Assembly: GCF_009914755.1 (NCBI RefSeq)
Contig: NC_060934.1
DNA: 64,000 nt
From: the human T2T-CHM13v2.0 reference genome, Homo sapiens
Reading direction: 5' to 3' (one strand)
The translations under genes were made by a program, and so were the position numbers. Numbering within the stretch: the first letter of the stretch is position 1; each line of letters begins with the position of its first letter. The notes under the pieces were generated by a model that made no database searches, was not told the origin of the DNA, and worked only from the letters and a program-made list of their open reading frames with translations. Of the stretch, positions 1 through 21,312 are shown in pieces.

Positions 1-454
1 AACAGGAAAAATAAATGGCTAATAAATATATGAAAAAATCAACTTTACTGTAAATAAAGATAAATTAATGGAGCAGTGAGTTCTTTTCACTTTAAGTCAG
101 AGTTTGGTGTTTGTTTTTATAAAAATAACACTTGATATTGGCAAGAGGGTTCAAATTGCCAGACAGCATTGTGGTTGGGAATGTTAAGTTGGTAAAAATT
201 TTTTGAAAAATTTGCAATACATATCATACCCTGTGGCCCAGTAACTATTTCTAGAAGATTTTTCCTAAGGGAAAAAACCCCTGAAACACAGAAACAAATA
301 TTTACATAAAGACATTCCCTTTTATAATTTATAATAATAAAAATACAAATAACTATTCCATTTGAGTATATTAGGTTTAAAAAAGCTACCTTCATAGATT
401 AGAATATTATGCATCTTTTCACAAGTATCTTTATAAAGACAGAAGTAAAGGGAA

Positions 455-1268
<814 letters not shown>

Positions 1269-1714
1269 CCAAATACAAGTTCTTTTTACAAAGCTTACCA
1301 AATGGAGCCACAAAAAAAGAAGTAAAGAGAAATCGTCATGTTATGATATTAAGTGGAAAAAGCAGGAGAATAAATATATAAATAATATAAAGTATATATC
1401 TACATATATATAATACATGTCCTCACCTCTAAGATGACTAAATGATCTCTGAGGTCCCAAGCATGATTTTATAAAGTGAAGAGAGCAGTTAGATATCTTA
1501 TCAGTGTATTGTCATCACATGTTATCAATGTCTGGAATCTATAAAATGATGCCAGTGACACTTGGTACTAGTATGAGGTCAGATTCCCTAGGAGAGCCCC
1601 AGACAGAGGTTGAGGTGTGTGTGATTTACTGGGCATATGCTCTTCAGGAAAAGCTCATGAGGAAAACAGACCAGGGAGGGGGAAAGAGGCAAGCAAGGAT
1701 GCACTTTTTTAAAT

Positions 1715-1992
1715 TTATGTATGTATTGAGACGGGGTCTCACTTTGTCACCCAGGCTGGAGTGCAGTAGCACAATCTCAGCTCACTGCAACCTCTGCCTT
1801 CAGGGCTCAAGCAATCCTCCCACCTCAGCCTCCTAAGTAGCTGCCACCACACCAGGCTACTTTTTAAATTTTTTGTAGAGATGGGGTTTTGCCATGTTGC
1901 CCAGGTCAGTCTCGAATTCCTGAGCTCAGGTGATCCACCCTCATGGGCCTCCCAAAGTGCTGGGATTACAGGCTTGAGCCACTGCACCTGGC
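1715..1992 (-). mobile_element. Alu (AluJ-type)
   Basis: Alu similarity with gggctcaagcaatcctcccacc (J-like). Confidence 0.85.
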
Positions 1993-2671
1993 AGAGGATG
2001 TGCTTTCAGGAGCATAAATCACACCACTGCATTGTAGGTGGGTCTTATACCCAGAGCAATTCTTGGGGATGGGGAATCTGTGAGCCATTAACAGCCAGGT
2101 TCAGTGGCCTTAATTTCTAAATTTTGTTCTCCTGGGTAAAATAAGGTGCCTGAATTAAATCAATGAAGGATCCTTCACGTGGGCCTGGGAATCTCCAGGA
2201 ATTATATTTAAAATTCAGCTTTCCATGCAGTTTTCTGGGATTCAGGTGCATAACTTTTGTCAGATTCTTTGAGGACAGGGTGACTTCAAGCTTCCTTCCA
2301 CCCCAGCACTTTGAATAGGAGTGTGAGAAGAGACTTAGGTCAGAGGAGGAAGCTAAGCACTGAATTCTTAGTTCTAGTTTTAGAAACATAATCAACCAGA
2401 ACAGGGATTCTTTGGTCTCACCTTATCCCAACCCCCATTCAAATTTAGGAAAATTAAAGGCAGTCTCCCAGAACCCACTCAGACCCACTCGCTTTCACAG
2501 CCACATCTTTTCAGCTCCGCCACCTCCCGGTGAGGGGGGTGTTATCCTCGTTTTACAGAGGGGAAACTGAGGTGCCAGTGATGTGACTCATTCAGAATCC
2601 CACAGCACCCCCTTGTGGTGTGGAGCTATGGTCAAGACTTGCTGTGGAAACCAGTGGCTTGCGTTTCTTGA

Positions 2672-2968
2672 TTTTTTTTTTCTTTTTTTGAGACAGGTTC
2701 TCACTCTGTCACCCAGGCTGGAGTGGAGGGGCTTGATCTCAGCTCACTGCAGTGTCAACTTCCCAAGCTCAGGTGATCCTCCCATCTCGGCTTCCCGAGT
2801 AGTTAGGACCACAGGAGCATGACACCAGCCCAGCTAATTTTTGTATTTTTTGTAGAGATAGGGTCTCACCATGTTGGCCAGGTTGGTCTCGAACTCCTGG
2901 GCTCAAGCGATCCATCTGCCTCATCTTCCCAAAGTGCTGGAATTACAGGCGTGAGCCACCATGCCTGG
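2672..2968 (-). mobile_element. Alu (AluJ-type)
   Basis: Full Alu with poly-T tail. Confidence 0.85.
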
Positions 2969-3034
2969 AGAAATATTTTTGTTTTAAAAAATACTGTATT
3001 TATCTTTCAAAGGTGATACTTTAAAAATTCAACA

Positions 3035-3830
3035 AGCGAGAAAGTAAAGAAAAGGGAATCCTTCTACACTGTTGGTGGAAACGTAAATTGGTGTAGCCAC
3101 AGTGGAAAACAGTTTGGAAGTTTCTTGAAAAATTAAAAATATAATATGATTAAAAAATCCCACTTCTGGGCATATATCCAAAGGAATCAAAATCAGTATA
3201 CTGAAGAGATATCTTCACTCCTGTGTTCACTGCGGCATTATTCACAATAGCCAAGACGTGCAAGCAACCTAAATTTCCAAAGGACAAATGGATAAAGAAA
3301 ATGTGGTGTATATATACATACAGTGGAATATTATTTAGACTTAAAAGAGAAAGAATCTTGCCATTTGCGACAACATGAATGAACCTGGAGCACATTATGC
3401 TAAGTGAAATAAGCCTAACACAGAAGGACAAATACTACATGATACCAATTATATGAGGTATCAGGTATAGTCAAACTCGTAGAATCAGAAAGTAGAATGG
3501 TGGTTGCCAGGGCCATATGGCAAAGGAAGATGGGGAACTATTGGTCAAAGGGCACAAAAAATTTCAGTTATGCAACATGAATAGGTCCTAGACATCTGTA
3601 CAACATAGTGCCTAGAGTTAATAATATTGCATTTTATACTTAAAAATTTGCTAAGATGGTAGATCAATGTCAAGTGTTCTTAACACAAATTATAATGAGG
3701 GTGGGAGGAAACTTTTGGAGGTAATTGATATGTTTATGGCATAGATTGTGGAAATGGTTTCATGGATGTATACTTATCTCCAAACTCATCAAGCTGTATG
3801 CATTAAATATGTACAGATTTAAAATAAATA
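3035..3830 (+). mobile_element. Old L1 (L1MA-type) 3' fragment
   Basis: ORF2 end/3'UTR motifs (ctgttggtggaaacgtaaattgg, gatgaacctggag-like, gagtagaatggtggttgccagg-like). Confidence 0.75.
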
Positions 3831-4905
3831 AGTAAAGTTGCAGCAACAGTCAGAGAAGATTTTCCAAGGACTGCAATCACATTGCTCTCAGAACATATTT
3901 TCAAAGCAAGAATCTGTATAGGACATTGACATCTGGATTTCTGATGCATTTCTTGTATCTTAAATCAGGGATTGCATCATTAATAAACTTCCATATAGTT
4001 AAAAAATTAGCAACACAGAAATGTAAAATATAAATGGAAGGCTCAATTCCCCTGACCTTTAAGTAGTAGAGTGGATTCTTCTTTTATTTTTCTCCTCTTT
4101 TTTTTCCCATTTTTTTAGAGACGAGCTCTCCTTCTGTAGCCCAGAGTGGACTGCAGTAGTATGAACTTACTGCAGCGTTGAACTCCTGGGCTCAAGCTAT
4201 CCTCCTGCCTCAGCATCCTAAGTACCTGGGACTACACATGTACACCACCATGCCTAGCTGGATTCTCTTTTCGATAGATACATATAGATTTGTTTGTTTA
4301 ATTGATTGATTAATTTTTACAAAATGGAATCATATGGTACATTCTGTCCCGAAACTTCTGTCCCACTAGACAGTATATCACGAAAATTTTTCATGTCAGA
4401 AGATAAAGACATACCTCATTCATTTGAAAACAATAGTAAAAACAACATGTATATATATTTCAGACCATCAATATGTTAATTTAAACGGCCAGATTAAATC
4501 ATATTGGTAAACAATGTGGAGTGAAACTTCTGCCATCTTAGAGCAATTATTCGAACTTCCTGTAAACTGATTATGAAGGTTGTAGTTCTAAACTATTCAA
4601 AAAATTCAGGAACTTTTCAGGACCACTCACAACAAATTGTTAAAATAAGCATGCTCTCACAGCCCCGGGGGCTGCCCTGCAGGAAATGTTGGATAATGTT
4701 CAGGTCCATCTGCTTTGTGCAGGTGCTCATGACATCGTAATGACAAACTGTACAATAGCAAGAGAACGTACAAGCTGCTTTGCCATGATTATATTATATT
4801 ATATATAATTTTAGCTCTTATAATTTTGGTGTCCTGCCTGTCTGACCCCTTATACTTATAAGAGAGTTTTTATAAAGTTTGAGTGCTTATGGTTTACCTT
4901 TTATT

Positions 4906-5217
<312 letters not shown>

Positions 5218-5502
5218 TTTTTTTTACAGATAGGGTCTCTCTCTGTCTTTCAGGCTAGAGTGCAGTGGTACAATCAGAGCTCACTTTAACCTCAAACTTC
5301 TGGGCTCATGTGATCCTCCTGCCTCAGGCTCCAGAGTAGCTAGGACCAAGACACACATCACCACACCTGTCTAATTTTTAATTTTTTTGCAGAGACAGGT
5401 CTATTTTGCTTAATCTGGTCTTGAACTCCTGACCTCAAATGATTCTCCCATCTCGACCTCCCAAAGTGTTGGGATTACAGCTATGAGTAACCATGCCTGG
5501 CC
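5218..5502 (-). mobile_element. Alu (AluJ-type)
   Basis: Diverged full Alu directly adjacent to the AluY. Confidence 0.8.
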
Positions 5503-6000
5503 TAGCTTTTAATTTTATAAATGTTACTGTATTTCAGTAGAAGTAAAATAAGTAAGCTAAGAACTAGAAGCCAAATGGTGTATTGATAGACAGCTAGACA
5601 GGCATAGATATAGATGTATAATTACCTAACAAATCCTACTAAAATCAGAAAATCTAAATAGCTTCAAATTGAGTTAACTGAGCTTAATATGGCAATGCAG
5701 AAACATAATTGTACCAACCTTACAATGCAGATAAAATTCCAGGGGTGAAATTTTAAATATAACATTATTTTACTTAACCTGTAAAACAAATGAAAAGTGA
5801 TGGTTTTGAAACTTTAAGTAAATGCTTGACTGTGATAGCACCAAGTATCTGATTTATTTTTATTTTTTTTCTTTTGAGACAGAGTCTCACTCTGTTTTGC
5901 AGACTGGAGTGCAATGGCGAAGTCACAGCTAGCACCACAGCCTCAAACTCTGGGTCAAGTGATCCTCCTGCCTCAGCCTCCTGAGTAGTTGGGACTATAG

Positions 6001-6393
<393 letters not shown>

Positions 6394-6444
6394 TAATGTT
6401 TCAGTACACATGTAAAAAGTGCATTATACTGGAAAAAACAGTCT

Positions 6445-6695
6445 GGCATGGTGGTTAACAGTTTCAGTTCTGGAGTCAGACCATGCTGGGTTTGAATTCT
6501 AGCTCTATCTATCTCTAACTAGCTAGGTGACTCTTGGGCAGATAATATCACCTTTCTGAGCTTCAGTCTCCTCATCTGTGAAATGGCTTTACTAGTCTCC
6601 ATTTTACAGGAACATTGCAAGAATTAAATGAGATCATGGAGTTAAAGAGCTTAGCACAATGGCGGATCCCTAATAAGTGTTAGAGATTATTATTG
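6445..6695. mobile_element. MIR
   Basis: tctggagtcagac...gggtttgaatt...cttcagtctcctcatctgtgaaatgg core. Confidence 0.7.
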
Positions 6696-8356
6696 TTTTA
6701 AAGAAAGGAAAAGCAAAGGCCACTCAGGGCCAAGGTGAAGGATGCTCTTCTCTGAGGTCTTGCTGAGCCACAAGTAGCTTGTCAGGACCTCTTTGTCACA
6801 TCAGCCTAACCCCTGTGTCCTGTGTTCTCAGCCACTTCACTGCATGATCTCACTCCCAGTGAGTACTCACCTCCAGTAGGGAGATGCCCTCTGTTATACA
6901 TTTTTTTTTCCTTTCTGACATCTGCATGGAAAAAGAAAAGAAGCTCTTAGAGTTAAGTATGAGAAAAGGCAAGTGACGACAGTCAGAGAAAAAGAGTCCT
7001 GCTGCCAGCCTCTGAAGATAGCCACCAGAGGGGCTTTGATGCTAACCTAATCTGAAGAAAGGACTTCATTTCCAGGCTAAAAATTCAGAATGAATTTATT
7101 TTTTCTTTTTCATGTAATTAATAGGTATGCTTTGTTTAGAAAAAACAAAACAAAACACTGCATAGTACAGACAAATGAAATGTTAAGTTTCCTGTCCCAA
7201 ACAATTCCAGTCCCAGTTTCTTGCTCCTTTTTAATTACTGGTTTCTGGGCTTTTGGGGATCACCTTTATTGTAGGTGAATTTGAGGAGAACACTCTGTTC
7301 CAAGCACTTGTAGGGTCCTGAGTCAGTGTATGTTGAACCTAAGGGAACAAGAGGATTCTGTGTCCTGGTTGAGGCCAGTGTCAGCACTAGGCATTAGCAG
7401 ACATCATCCTTGCAGAATTTAAAAATGAAATTTTGAATAAATGAGCAGATGATGATCAAAGAAGCCAGGGGGGCCAGAAGAACTTTTCAGTTTACATCTT
7501 TCTACAGCCATCCCCAGAGTGCCTGGGTAGAGCAAGCAGAGGGCCATTAACAAACCAGACAAATGCCCACTGCTCGTCCAAGGAGCAAGGCTCGAAAATC
7601 AGACCAGGAACCCGATTCTTCCTGTCACAACCAGGCACCTGGGATGGTGAGAGAATGAACTCAGCTGTGAATGGTCCAGACCTAGAACCCAGACAGATCC
7701 TTGAGAAGAAAGATAGGAATAGACCACCTACTGGGGTACAGGTTTCCCCCAGCCAAGCCAGCCACATGCAAACCCAGAACAAGCCAGGAATCTATTCTTC
7801 TCATAGACATGCCAGCCAACTTGTGACTTACCTAGCAGGAATTTAGAAGTGGATTAAGGAAATGAGAGCGATGCAAGTTGATTTCATTATGGTCAGATGG
7901 CAGCAAAATAAATCTAGATCATCATTATGTATTTATACCCATAAAGGGAAGAACTTGGCATGGATTACAAGGTATTTAATTATAATTTAGACATGTTATG
8001 GCACTCAGTGTTTTGTTTTATTATACCTTTCATGTATTGACAGGCCAGTGTGACCACAGAAAATTTAACCTTCCTGCCAGTCCTTCTCCCTGACCTCCTG
8101 TATTGCTAGGAAGAATGAAAATTAGCTGTATAGGAAAAAAAAAGATTAACTTTCATAAGTAGCCCATATGTGCCGTTGTAAAGATTCACTCTCATAAGTA
8201 GCCCACAGGTGATGTCGTAAGCATAGTGAATACAGAGGGGGAGAGCCGAGTCTCTAAGCACACAAGCTTTTTGAAGCATCTCTGCTTGGCAAAGGCTCTT
8301 CTCTCCACCTCCAAGTTATTCTTTCAGACTCACCTCTCTTTGAAACCTTTCACCTC

Positions 8357-8659
<303 letters not shown>

Positions 8660-8989
8660 TCACCTCCCAGTTACGGTGAGTTTCTTCCCCTTTTCTCCTT
8701 CTGGAGTGCCCTGTTCTTACCTCAGTAATTGTTCTAGTGGGTGTTCTAATTATTAGTTTAAGAGTCTGTCTCGGTTGTACCAAGATGGCCGAATAGGAAC
8801 AGCTCCAGTCTACAGCTCCCAGTGTGAGCGACGCAGAAGACAGGTGATTTCTGCATTTCCTACTGAGGTACTGGGTTCATCTCACTGGGGCTTGTTGGAC
8901 AGTGGGTGTAGCCCACGGAGCATGAGCCAAAGCAGGGTGGGGCATTGCCTTACCCAGGAAGCACAAGGGTTGGGGGAATTTACTTTCCT

Positions 8990-9210
8990 AGCCAAGGGAA
9001 GCCGTGACAGATGGTACCTGGAAAATTGGGACACTCCCACCCTAATACTGTGTTTTTCCACCAGTCTTAGCGAATGGCACACCAGGAGATTATATCCCAT
9101 GACTGGCTTGGAGGGTCCCACACACCCACGGAGCCTCGCTCACTGCTAGCACAGCTGTCTGAGATCAAACTGCAAGACGGCAGTGAGGCTGGGGGAGGGG
9201 TGTCTGCCAT
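8990..9210 (-). pseudogene. L1 antisense ORF0 remnant, frameshifted
   Basis: MADTPPPASLPSCSLISDSCAS... in one frame and ...EKHSIRVGVSQFSR in another; matches primate ORF0 split near 9120. Confidence 0.65.
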
Positions 9211-9753
9211 TGCTGAGGCTTGAGTAGGTAAACAAAGTGGCTGGGTGGAGCCCACCACAGCTCAAGGAGGCCTGCCTGCCTCTGTAGACTCCAACTCTGG
9301 GGGCAGGGCATAGCTGAACAAAAGGCAGCAGAAACTTCTGCAGACTTAAACGTCCCCGTCTGACAGCTTTGAAGAGAGTAGTGGTTCTCCCAGCACAAAG
9401 TTTGAGATCTGAGAACAGACAGACTGCCTCCTCAAGTGGGCCTAAATGGGAGGCACCTCCCAGTAGGGGCCGACTGACACCTCATATGGCTACATGCCCC
9501 TCTGAGACCAAGCTTCCAGAGGAAGGATCAGGCAGCAAAATTTGCCATTCTGCAATATTTGCTGTTCTGCAGCCTCCGCTGGTGATACCCAGGAAAACAG
9601 GGTCTGGAGTGGACCTCCAGCAAACTCCAACAGACCTGCAGCTGAGGGTCCTGACTGTTAGAAGGAAAACTAACAAACAAAAAGGACATCCACATCAAAA
9701 CCCCATCTGTACGTCACCATCATCAAAGACCAAAGGTAGATAAAACCAGAAAA

Positions 9754-10778
9754 ATGGGGAGAAACTAGAGCACAAAAGCGGAAAATTCTAAAAATCAGAG
9801 AGCCTCTTCTCCTCCAAAGGAAAACAGCTCCTCTCCAGCAACAGAACAAAGCTGGATGGAGAATGACTTTGACGAGTTGAGAGAAGAAGGCTTCAGACCA
9901 TCGGTAATAACAAATTTCTCCAAGCTAAAGGAGGATGTTCGAACCCATCGCAAACAAGCTAAAAACCTTGAAAAAAGATTAGATGAATGGCTAACTAGAA
10001 TAAACAGCATAGAGAAGACCTTAAATGACCTGATGGAGCTGAAAACCATGACACGAGAACTACGTGATGCATGCACAAGCTTCAGTAGCTGATTCGATCA
10101 AGTGGAAGAAAGCATATTGGTGACTGAAGATCAAATGAATGAAATGAAGCAAGAAGAGAAGTTTAGAGAAAAAAGAGTAAAAAGAAATGAACAAAGCCTC
10201 CAAGAAATATGGGACTATGTGAAAAGGCCAAATCTACATCTGATTGGTGTACCTGAAAGTGATGGGGAGAATGGAACCAAGTGGAAAAACACTCCGCAGG
10301 ATATTATCCAGGAGAACTTCCCCAACCTAGCAAGGCAGCCAATATTCAAATTCAGGAAATACAGAGAACGCCACAAAGATACTCCTCAAGAAGAGCAACT
10401 CCAAGACACATAACTGTCAGATTCACCAAGGTTGAAATGAAGGAAAAAATGTTAAGGGCAGCCAGAAAGAAAGGTTGGGTTACCCACAATGGGAAGCCCA
10501 TCAGACTAATAGTGGATCTCTCAGCAGAAACTCTACAAGCCAGAAGAGAGTGGGGGCCAATATTCAACATTCTTAAAGAAAAGAATTTTCAACTCAGAAT
10601 TTCACATCCAGCCAAACAAAGCTTCATAAGTGAAGGAGAAATAAAATCCTTTACAGACAAGCAAACGCTGAGAGATTTTGTCACCACCAGGCCTCCCTTA
10701 CAAGAGCTCCTGAAGGAAGCACTAAACATGGAAAGGAACAACCGGTACCAGCCACTGCAAAAACATGCCAAATTGTAA
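9754..10778 (+). pseudogene. L1 ORF1p, disrupted
   Basis: ATG 9754 followed by TAG at codon 5, TGA at 10090-10092, frameshift near 10340; fragments MENDFDELREEG..., ...RITVRFTKVEMKEK-like, ...LQKHAKL. Confidence 0.92.
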
Positions 10779-10841
10779 AGACCATTGAGGCTAGGAAGAA
10801 ACTGCATCAACTAACGAGCAAAATAACCAGCTAACATCATA

Positions 10842-14687
<3,846 letters not shown>

Positions 14688-15124
14688 ACAATGAGAATAC
14701 CTGGACACAGGGTGGGGAACATCACACACCATGACCTGTCGTGGGTTGGGGGGAGGGGGAAGAGATAGCATTAGGAGATATACCTAATGTAAATGACGAG
14801 TTAATGGGTGCAGCACACCAACATGGCACATGTATACATATGTAGCAAACCTGCACGTTGTGCACATGTACCCTGGAACTTAAAGTATAATAATTAAAAA
14901 AAAAGAAAAGAAAACACAGAAACTACTAATACTATTTTAAAAAAAAAATCTAAAAGTCCTGTAACAACAACAACGACAACAACAACAAAAAAGAGTCTGT
15001 CTCTCTCACTGGTCAATGAGCCTTCCCAGAGGGTAAAAGACTGCAAGAATTGCCTTGTTCATTTTGGTACATCCACACAAAGAAGTACTGTGCTGCAGTA
15101 AAAGAGAAAATGGAATTATCAGGC

Positions 15125-16230
15125 ATCAGCGAAATGAAAATGAAATCCACCATGAGATATCACTTTACTTCCACTAAGATGGCTATACTGAAAGGGTCAG
15201 ATAATAACAAGTGTTGACGGGGATGAGGAGAATTCGGCACCCTCATACATTGATAATGGGACTATAAACTGGTGCTGCAGCTGTGGAAAACAGCCTTTTG
15301 GTTTCTTAAAAGATTAATCACAGAGTAGCCATATGATCCAAGAATTCCGGTCCAAATGAGACAGCCAAGTATAAAGGGGTCGCAGGAGGACCTCCAACTG
15401 GCCTCCGCACTGGGAGGAGTGCACACTGGGGGTGGAGCCTCTGGAAGTTTGCCAGTTTGCAGGCGGGAGGAGCCTGGCCTCTCCGGTTCCGGGTGGTATC
15501 TGGGATTCAATCTGTGAGTCTAGAAGCCTATTAGCAGGACCCTCGCTTTGCTGAGAGTCCCTGTTTCCGTTTTTTCCCCCTTTTGATGCAATAAACCCTC
15601 CCCTTCTCACCCTTCAAAGTGTCTGCGAACCTAATCTTTAATGGCCGTGTGACAAAAACCTGGCTTTTAGCTGAACTAAGGAGAAAGTCCTACAACACAG
15701 ATACATACCCAAGAGAATTAAAACTGCACATCCACACAAAAACTTATACATGAATGTTCATAGCAGCATTACTCATAAGAGACAAAAAGTGGAAACAACT
15801 TGAGTGCCCAGCAACTGATGAATGAAGCAATAAAATGTGTTACATCTACACAGTGGCATATTATTCAGCAAGAAAAAGAAATGAAGTACTGATACATTTT
15901 ACAACATGGATGAACCTTGAAATTATGCTAAATGAAAGAAGATAGGGGCAAAAGATGACACATTGTATGATTCCACATATATGAAAAATCCAGAATAGGC
16001 ACATCTGTAGACACAAAGTAGGTTGGTGGCCCCCCAGGGCTGCTGGAATAGGGGGAAATGCTGAGTAACTGCTAATGGTACAGATTTCTTTTGGGGGTGA
16101 GGAAAATGTTCTAAAATTTATTGTAATGATGGTCACACGACTCTCTGACTATACTAAAAAGCATCAAATACTTTAAATGGATCAATTTTATGGCTTGTGA
16201 ATTATATCTTCATAAAGCTGTTATTTAAAC
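15125..16230 (+). mobile_element. Old L1 (L1MB/L1MC-type) fragment interrupted by an LTR
   Basis: L1 ORF2-end motifs resume on both sides of the LTR at 15357-15697. Confidence 0.7.
15357..15697 (+). mobile_element. Solo ERV1 LTR (MER61-like)
   Basis: TG...CA ends (tgagacagcc...tcctacaaca), internal AATAAA, 4-bp TSD caaa/caga. Confidence 0.75.
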
Positions 16231-16407
16231 AAATAAGAACAAGCTCTTTAATACTGAAAGGTGTGGTTTCTGTCATATAAAGTTAACCAAAAAAGGCAAG
16301 GTGTAAAAGAGTACATAATTTATGTTTGAAAAGGGGGGTATATTAAAATGTTCATGCGCCAGCTAATTCTTGCAAAAAGAATCACAGGAAGGATAAATCA
16401 GAAATTA

Positions 16408-16845
<438 letters not shown>

Positions 16846-17545
16846 TTAGTGTTTTTACAAATTCAAAAAAAAATTAAATTAACAAAATTGGCAGAAAAAA
16901 TTGAATATGAACAAAAACATGAATTGAGCTATATATCAAATGAATGCTATAAACACAGAAGGGGAAAAAAGGGATTGTGTACATATAAACAGCCTAATGA
17001 CAGAAAGAACTGCAAATAAATCTTGAACTTTGCTTAGTAGTTTTGTTATTGGCAGTGCTATGGGCATAGGAATTCTGAAAGTATTTTCTGAATATTGTAG
17101 GATAGAGTCAATGACTATATATATACTGAAATTTTTGGAAACCAGAGCTTTTGCTGATGGAAACCACAGCTTTTGCTGTTGCATTTGATATGCAAATATG
17201 AAATGGGGGCTAGAGATGAACAACCCTGTGCTGGAATCACTATAAAGTCATGATTTTAAATACGTGGGTCTATATTGGCCAAAAGTGTTTAAAAGCAGTC
17301 ACAACCCAGTAGCAATATCCACACTTAGTGCCCAGATCTTGGTTTCTAAATTTCATTTCCCATTAATAAGAATCAGTGCTTCTTAGAAAAAAAAATAGCT
17401 GATTCCAGCACTGGGCCAGGGAATACAGAATGAATATCTTGTGTGAAGGAGTGCCTAAAAAATGATGAGGACCTGTCAAAAGGTCTCTGAAGGGATTCCC
17501 ATTGTCCAAATCAGGAACAACTTGAGGATCAAAATAAATATCATT

Positions 17546-17761
<216 letters not shown>

Positions 17762-17896
17762 TCATTAGTAACAGATTATAACATATTAAATAAAATGGGA
17801 ATTCATGAGCCCATACTGATACGAATAAATGAATAAGTAAGTAGGTGGATAGATGATAGATAGGAAAACTTTTCTTTACATTGGAAAGTCAATTGA

Positions 17897-18188
17897 GGCT
17901 GGGCACGGTGGCTCATGCCTGTAATCCCAGCACTCTGGGAGGCCGAGGCAGGTGGATCACCTGAGGTCACTTTGAGACCGCCTGGCCAACATGGTGAAAC
18001 CCCGTCTCTACTAAAAATACAAAAATTAGCCAGGCGTGGTGGCACAAGACTGCAGTCCCAGCTACTCTGGAGGCTGAGGCACAAGAATTGCTTGACCCCA
18101 GTGACAGAGGTTGGAGTGAGCCAAGATCGCACCACTGCACTCCAGCCTGGGTGACAGAGTGAGACCCTATCTTGAAAAAAAAGAAAAA
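17897..18188 (+). mobile_element. Alu (AluS-type)
   Basis: Full Alu, TSD gaaagtcaattga. Confidence 0.88.
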
Positions 18189-19644
18189 GAAAGTCAATTG
18201 ATAATAGTAAACACAATGATGAAATTAGAAAAATCACTATGTGGCAATCATCACAGTAATAATAAATTCAACTAAAAATATCAATAAATGATAAAATTAG
18301 TGGGTGAATGTTTGATGAGGAGCAGGATACTTACATGGTCTCAAAATAACTCTCCACAAAATACTTACTGAGTATAAAGAGAAAGACAGTAACTATAAGC
18401 AGTAACTTGAGGCAGAGAGCACTTTAATCAAACAACGAAGGTTAACATCAGCATGTTAGACAAATTGAAATCATACACCACGTCATAGGATACATTGAGG
18501 ACACACAGCCTCGCTTCCGTGATATCTTACCAAAATGCAAGTCATGAATCTGATCACAAGGAAGCATAAGGCAAAGGCAAACTGAGGGACATCCTGCAAA
18601 ATAACTGACCTTTAAGAGGGTCAAGGTCATAAAGCCAAAGAAAGATAAGTAGATATGGCAACTAAATGCAACATGTATTCCTGTATTGGATCCATTTGCA
18701 ATAAAGGACATTGATGGAACAACTGGATAAATGAATGGGGTCTGTGGGTTAGATGATAGTAATTATCAATGTTAACTTCCTGATCTAAATGGTTGTATCA
18801 TGGTTATGTAGGAGAAAGTCCTTGTTTGTAGGAATATTCTAAAGTATTCAGGGATATTAGACATTATGTCAGCAACTTTTCTTCAAATGGTTCAGAGAGT
18901 GGGGAAGCTCTTTATTCTATTTTTGCACCTCTTAAGTTTGAATTTATTTCAAAAGTGAAAAGAAAAGATTCCATGAGTCCACACTTAAACTAAAAACAAA
19001 CATAGAAAGGGAATAGAAAAAGAGAGAAAGTTTTTATTTACAGTAGAAAGCCAACTGAAAAAATGTATAAGGAACAATAGAGTTTTAAACATTACTATTT
19101 TTCAACCACTGTGTTAACTGACTTAGGCAAAAATCATCAGTGGATCCTAAAATCACTGGGTGATAATTTGTTGAGAAACAAGATACTTATACAAACTCAA
19201 AGCATCTTCTCATATTACTTATTAATTACAAAGGGGAAAATGGTACCTTTACCTAAATCTGATAGATACTACTTCAGCCAAGTGATTAAAGTCAACATTA
19301 CCCATGATGGGATGAACTGACATCAGATGATTCCTGCCATGATGCACTAAAAGAGACACACACCATTTACATTGTATTCCTGCCAAGAAGGCATACTCAT
19401 AATCAAATCACAAGAAGGCACTCGGACTAACCTCAAGTGCCCAGATCTTAGTTTCTACATTCTACTAATCAACATTCTGTAAAACAATAGGCAAGTGCTC
19501 TTTCAAAATGTTAAAGTCATGAAAAACCATGGAAGGCTGATAAATCATTGCACATTAAATGACACTAAAGAAACATGATAAAGAAATATAATGTGCTATC
19601 CTGGATTAAATCCTACATTAAATGTATAAAAAATTGCTATATTC

Positions 19645-19941
19645 TTTTTTTTTCCCCAGCTCTGTCACCCAGGCTGGAGTGTAGTGGTGCAATCACAGCT
19701 CCCTGCAGCCTCAGTCTCTGGGACTCAAGTGATCCTCCCACATCAGCTTCCCAGGTAGCTGAGACTACAGGTGCATGCCACCATAACCTGCTAAATTTTT
19801 TTTTTTGTATTTTTTTTTCAGAGATGGGGTTTTTCCATGTGGCCCAGGCTGGTCTCATACTCCGAGGCTCAAGGGAATCTATCTGCCTGCCTCAGCCACC
19901 CAGAGTGTTGGGATTACAGGCATGAGCCACTGTATCTGGCC
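19645..19941 (-). mobile_element. Alu (AluJ-type)
   Basis: Diverged full Alu. Confidence 0.82.
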
Positions 19942-20524
19942 TAAACATTGCTATATTCAATATTAGTATAGTAGTAAAATTTGAATAAGGGCTTTATAAT
20001 GGGTAATATTAGATCAATGTTAAATTTTCTGAGTTTGATAATCAGACTGTCCTAATTCTAGTTGATCTTTTCAACTTACTCTCAAATGTTTCAGAGAGAA
20101 AAAAAAGAAGCGTATGTGTGTGCATGAGAGAGAGAGTGGGAGAGGTGGAGAAAGAAAGCACAAATGTGTCAAGGTGCTAATAAAATGTGAAGTCTTCAAA
20201 TTTTTAATTTATAAAGAAAAGAAATTATCTCATTCAAATCTGTATCCTCAGCATCTCCTAGCATTGCCCTGGAATATAGTAGATGCTCAATATATGTTCA
20301 TTAAATGCTTAAATGAAATGACAAAATCTGATCAGGACTCTTACTTGCAAGTGATAAGACATTCAGTTTAAACTGCCTGAGCGTAATAGAACTCAGTACA
20401 TTAAACTGCAAAATCAAAGGGTATAGCAGTTGGCATAGCCAGATTCAGGTGTTCACTTGATGTGATCACGATCTGGACTCCTCTTTCTCTCTCAGCCCTA
20501 TTTTCCTTTGTGTTGGCTTTACTT

Positions 20525-21312
<788 letters not shown>

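Noticed and set aside
8152-8220. Two-copy ~39-bp repeat starting tcataagtagccca
   Set aside because: Simple local tandem duplication with no insert or further structure.
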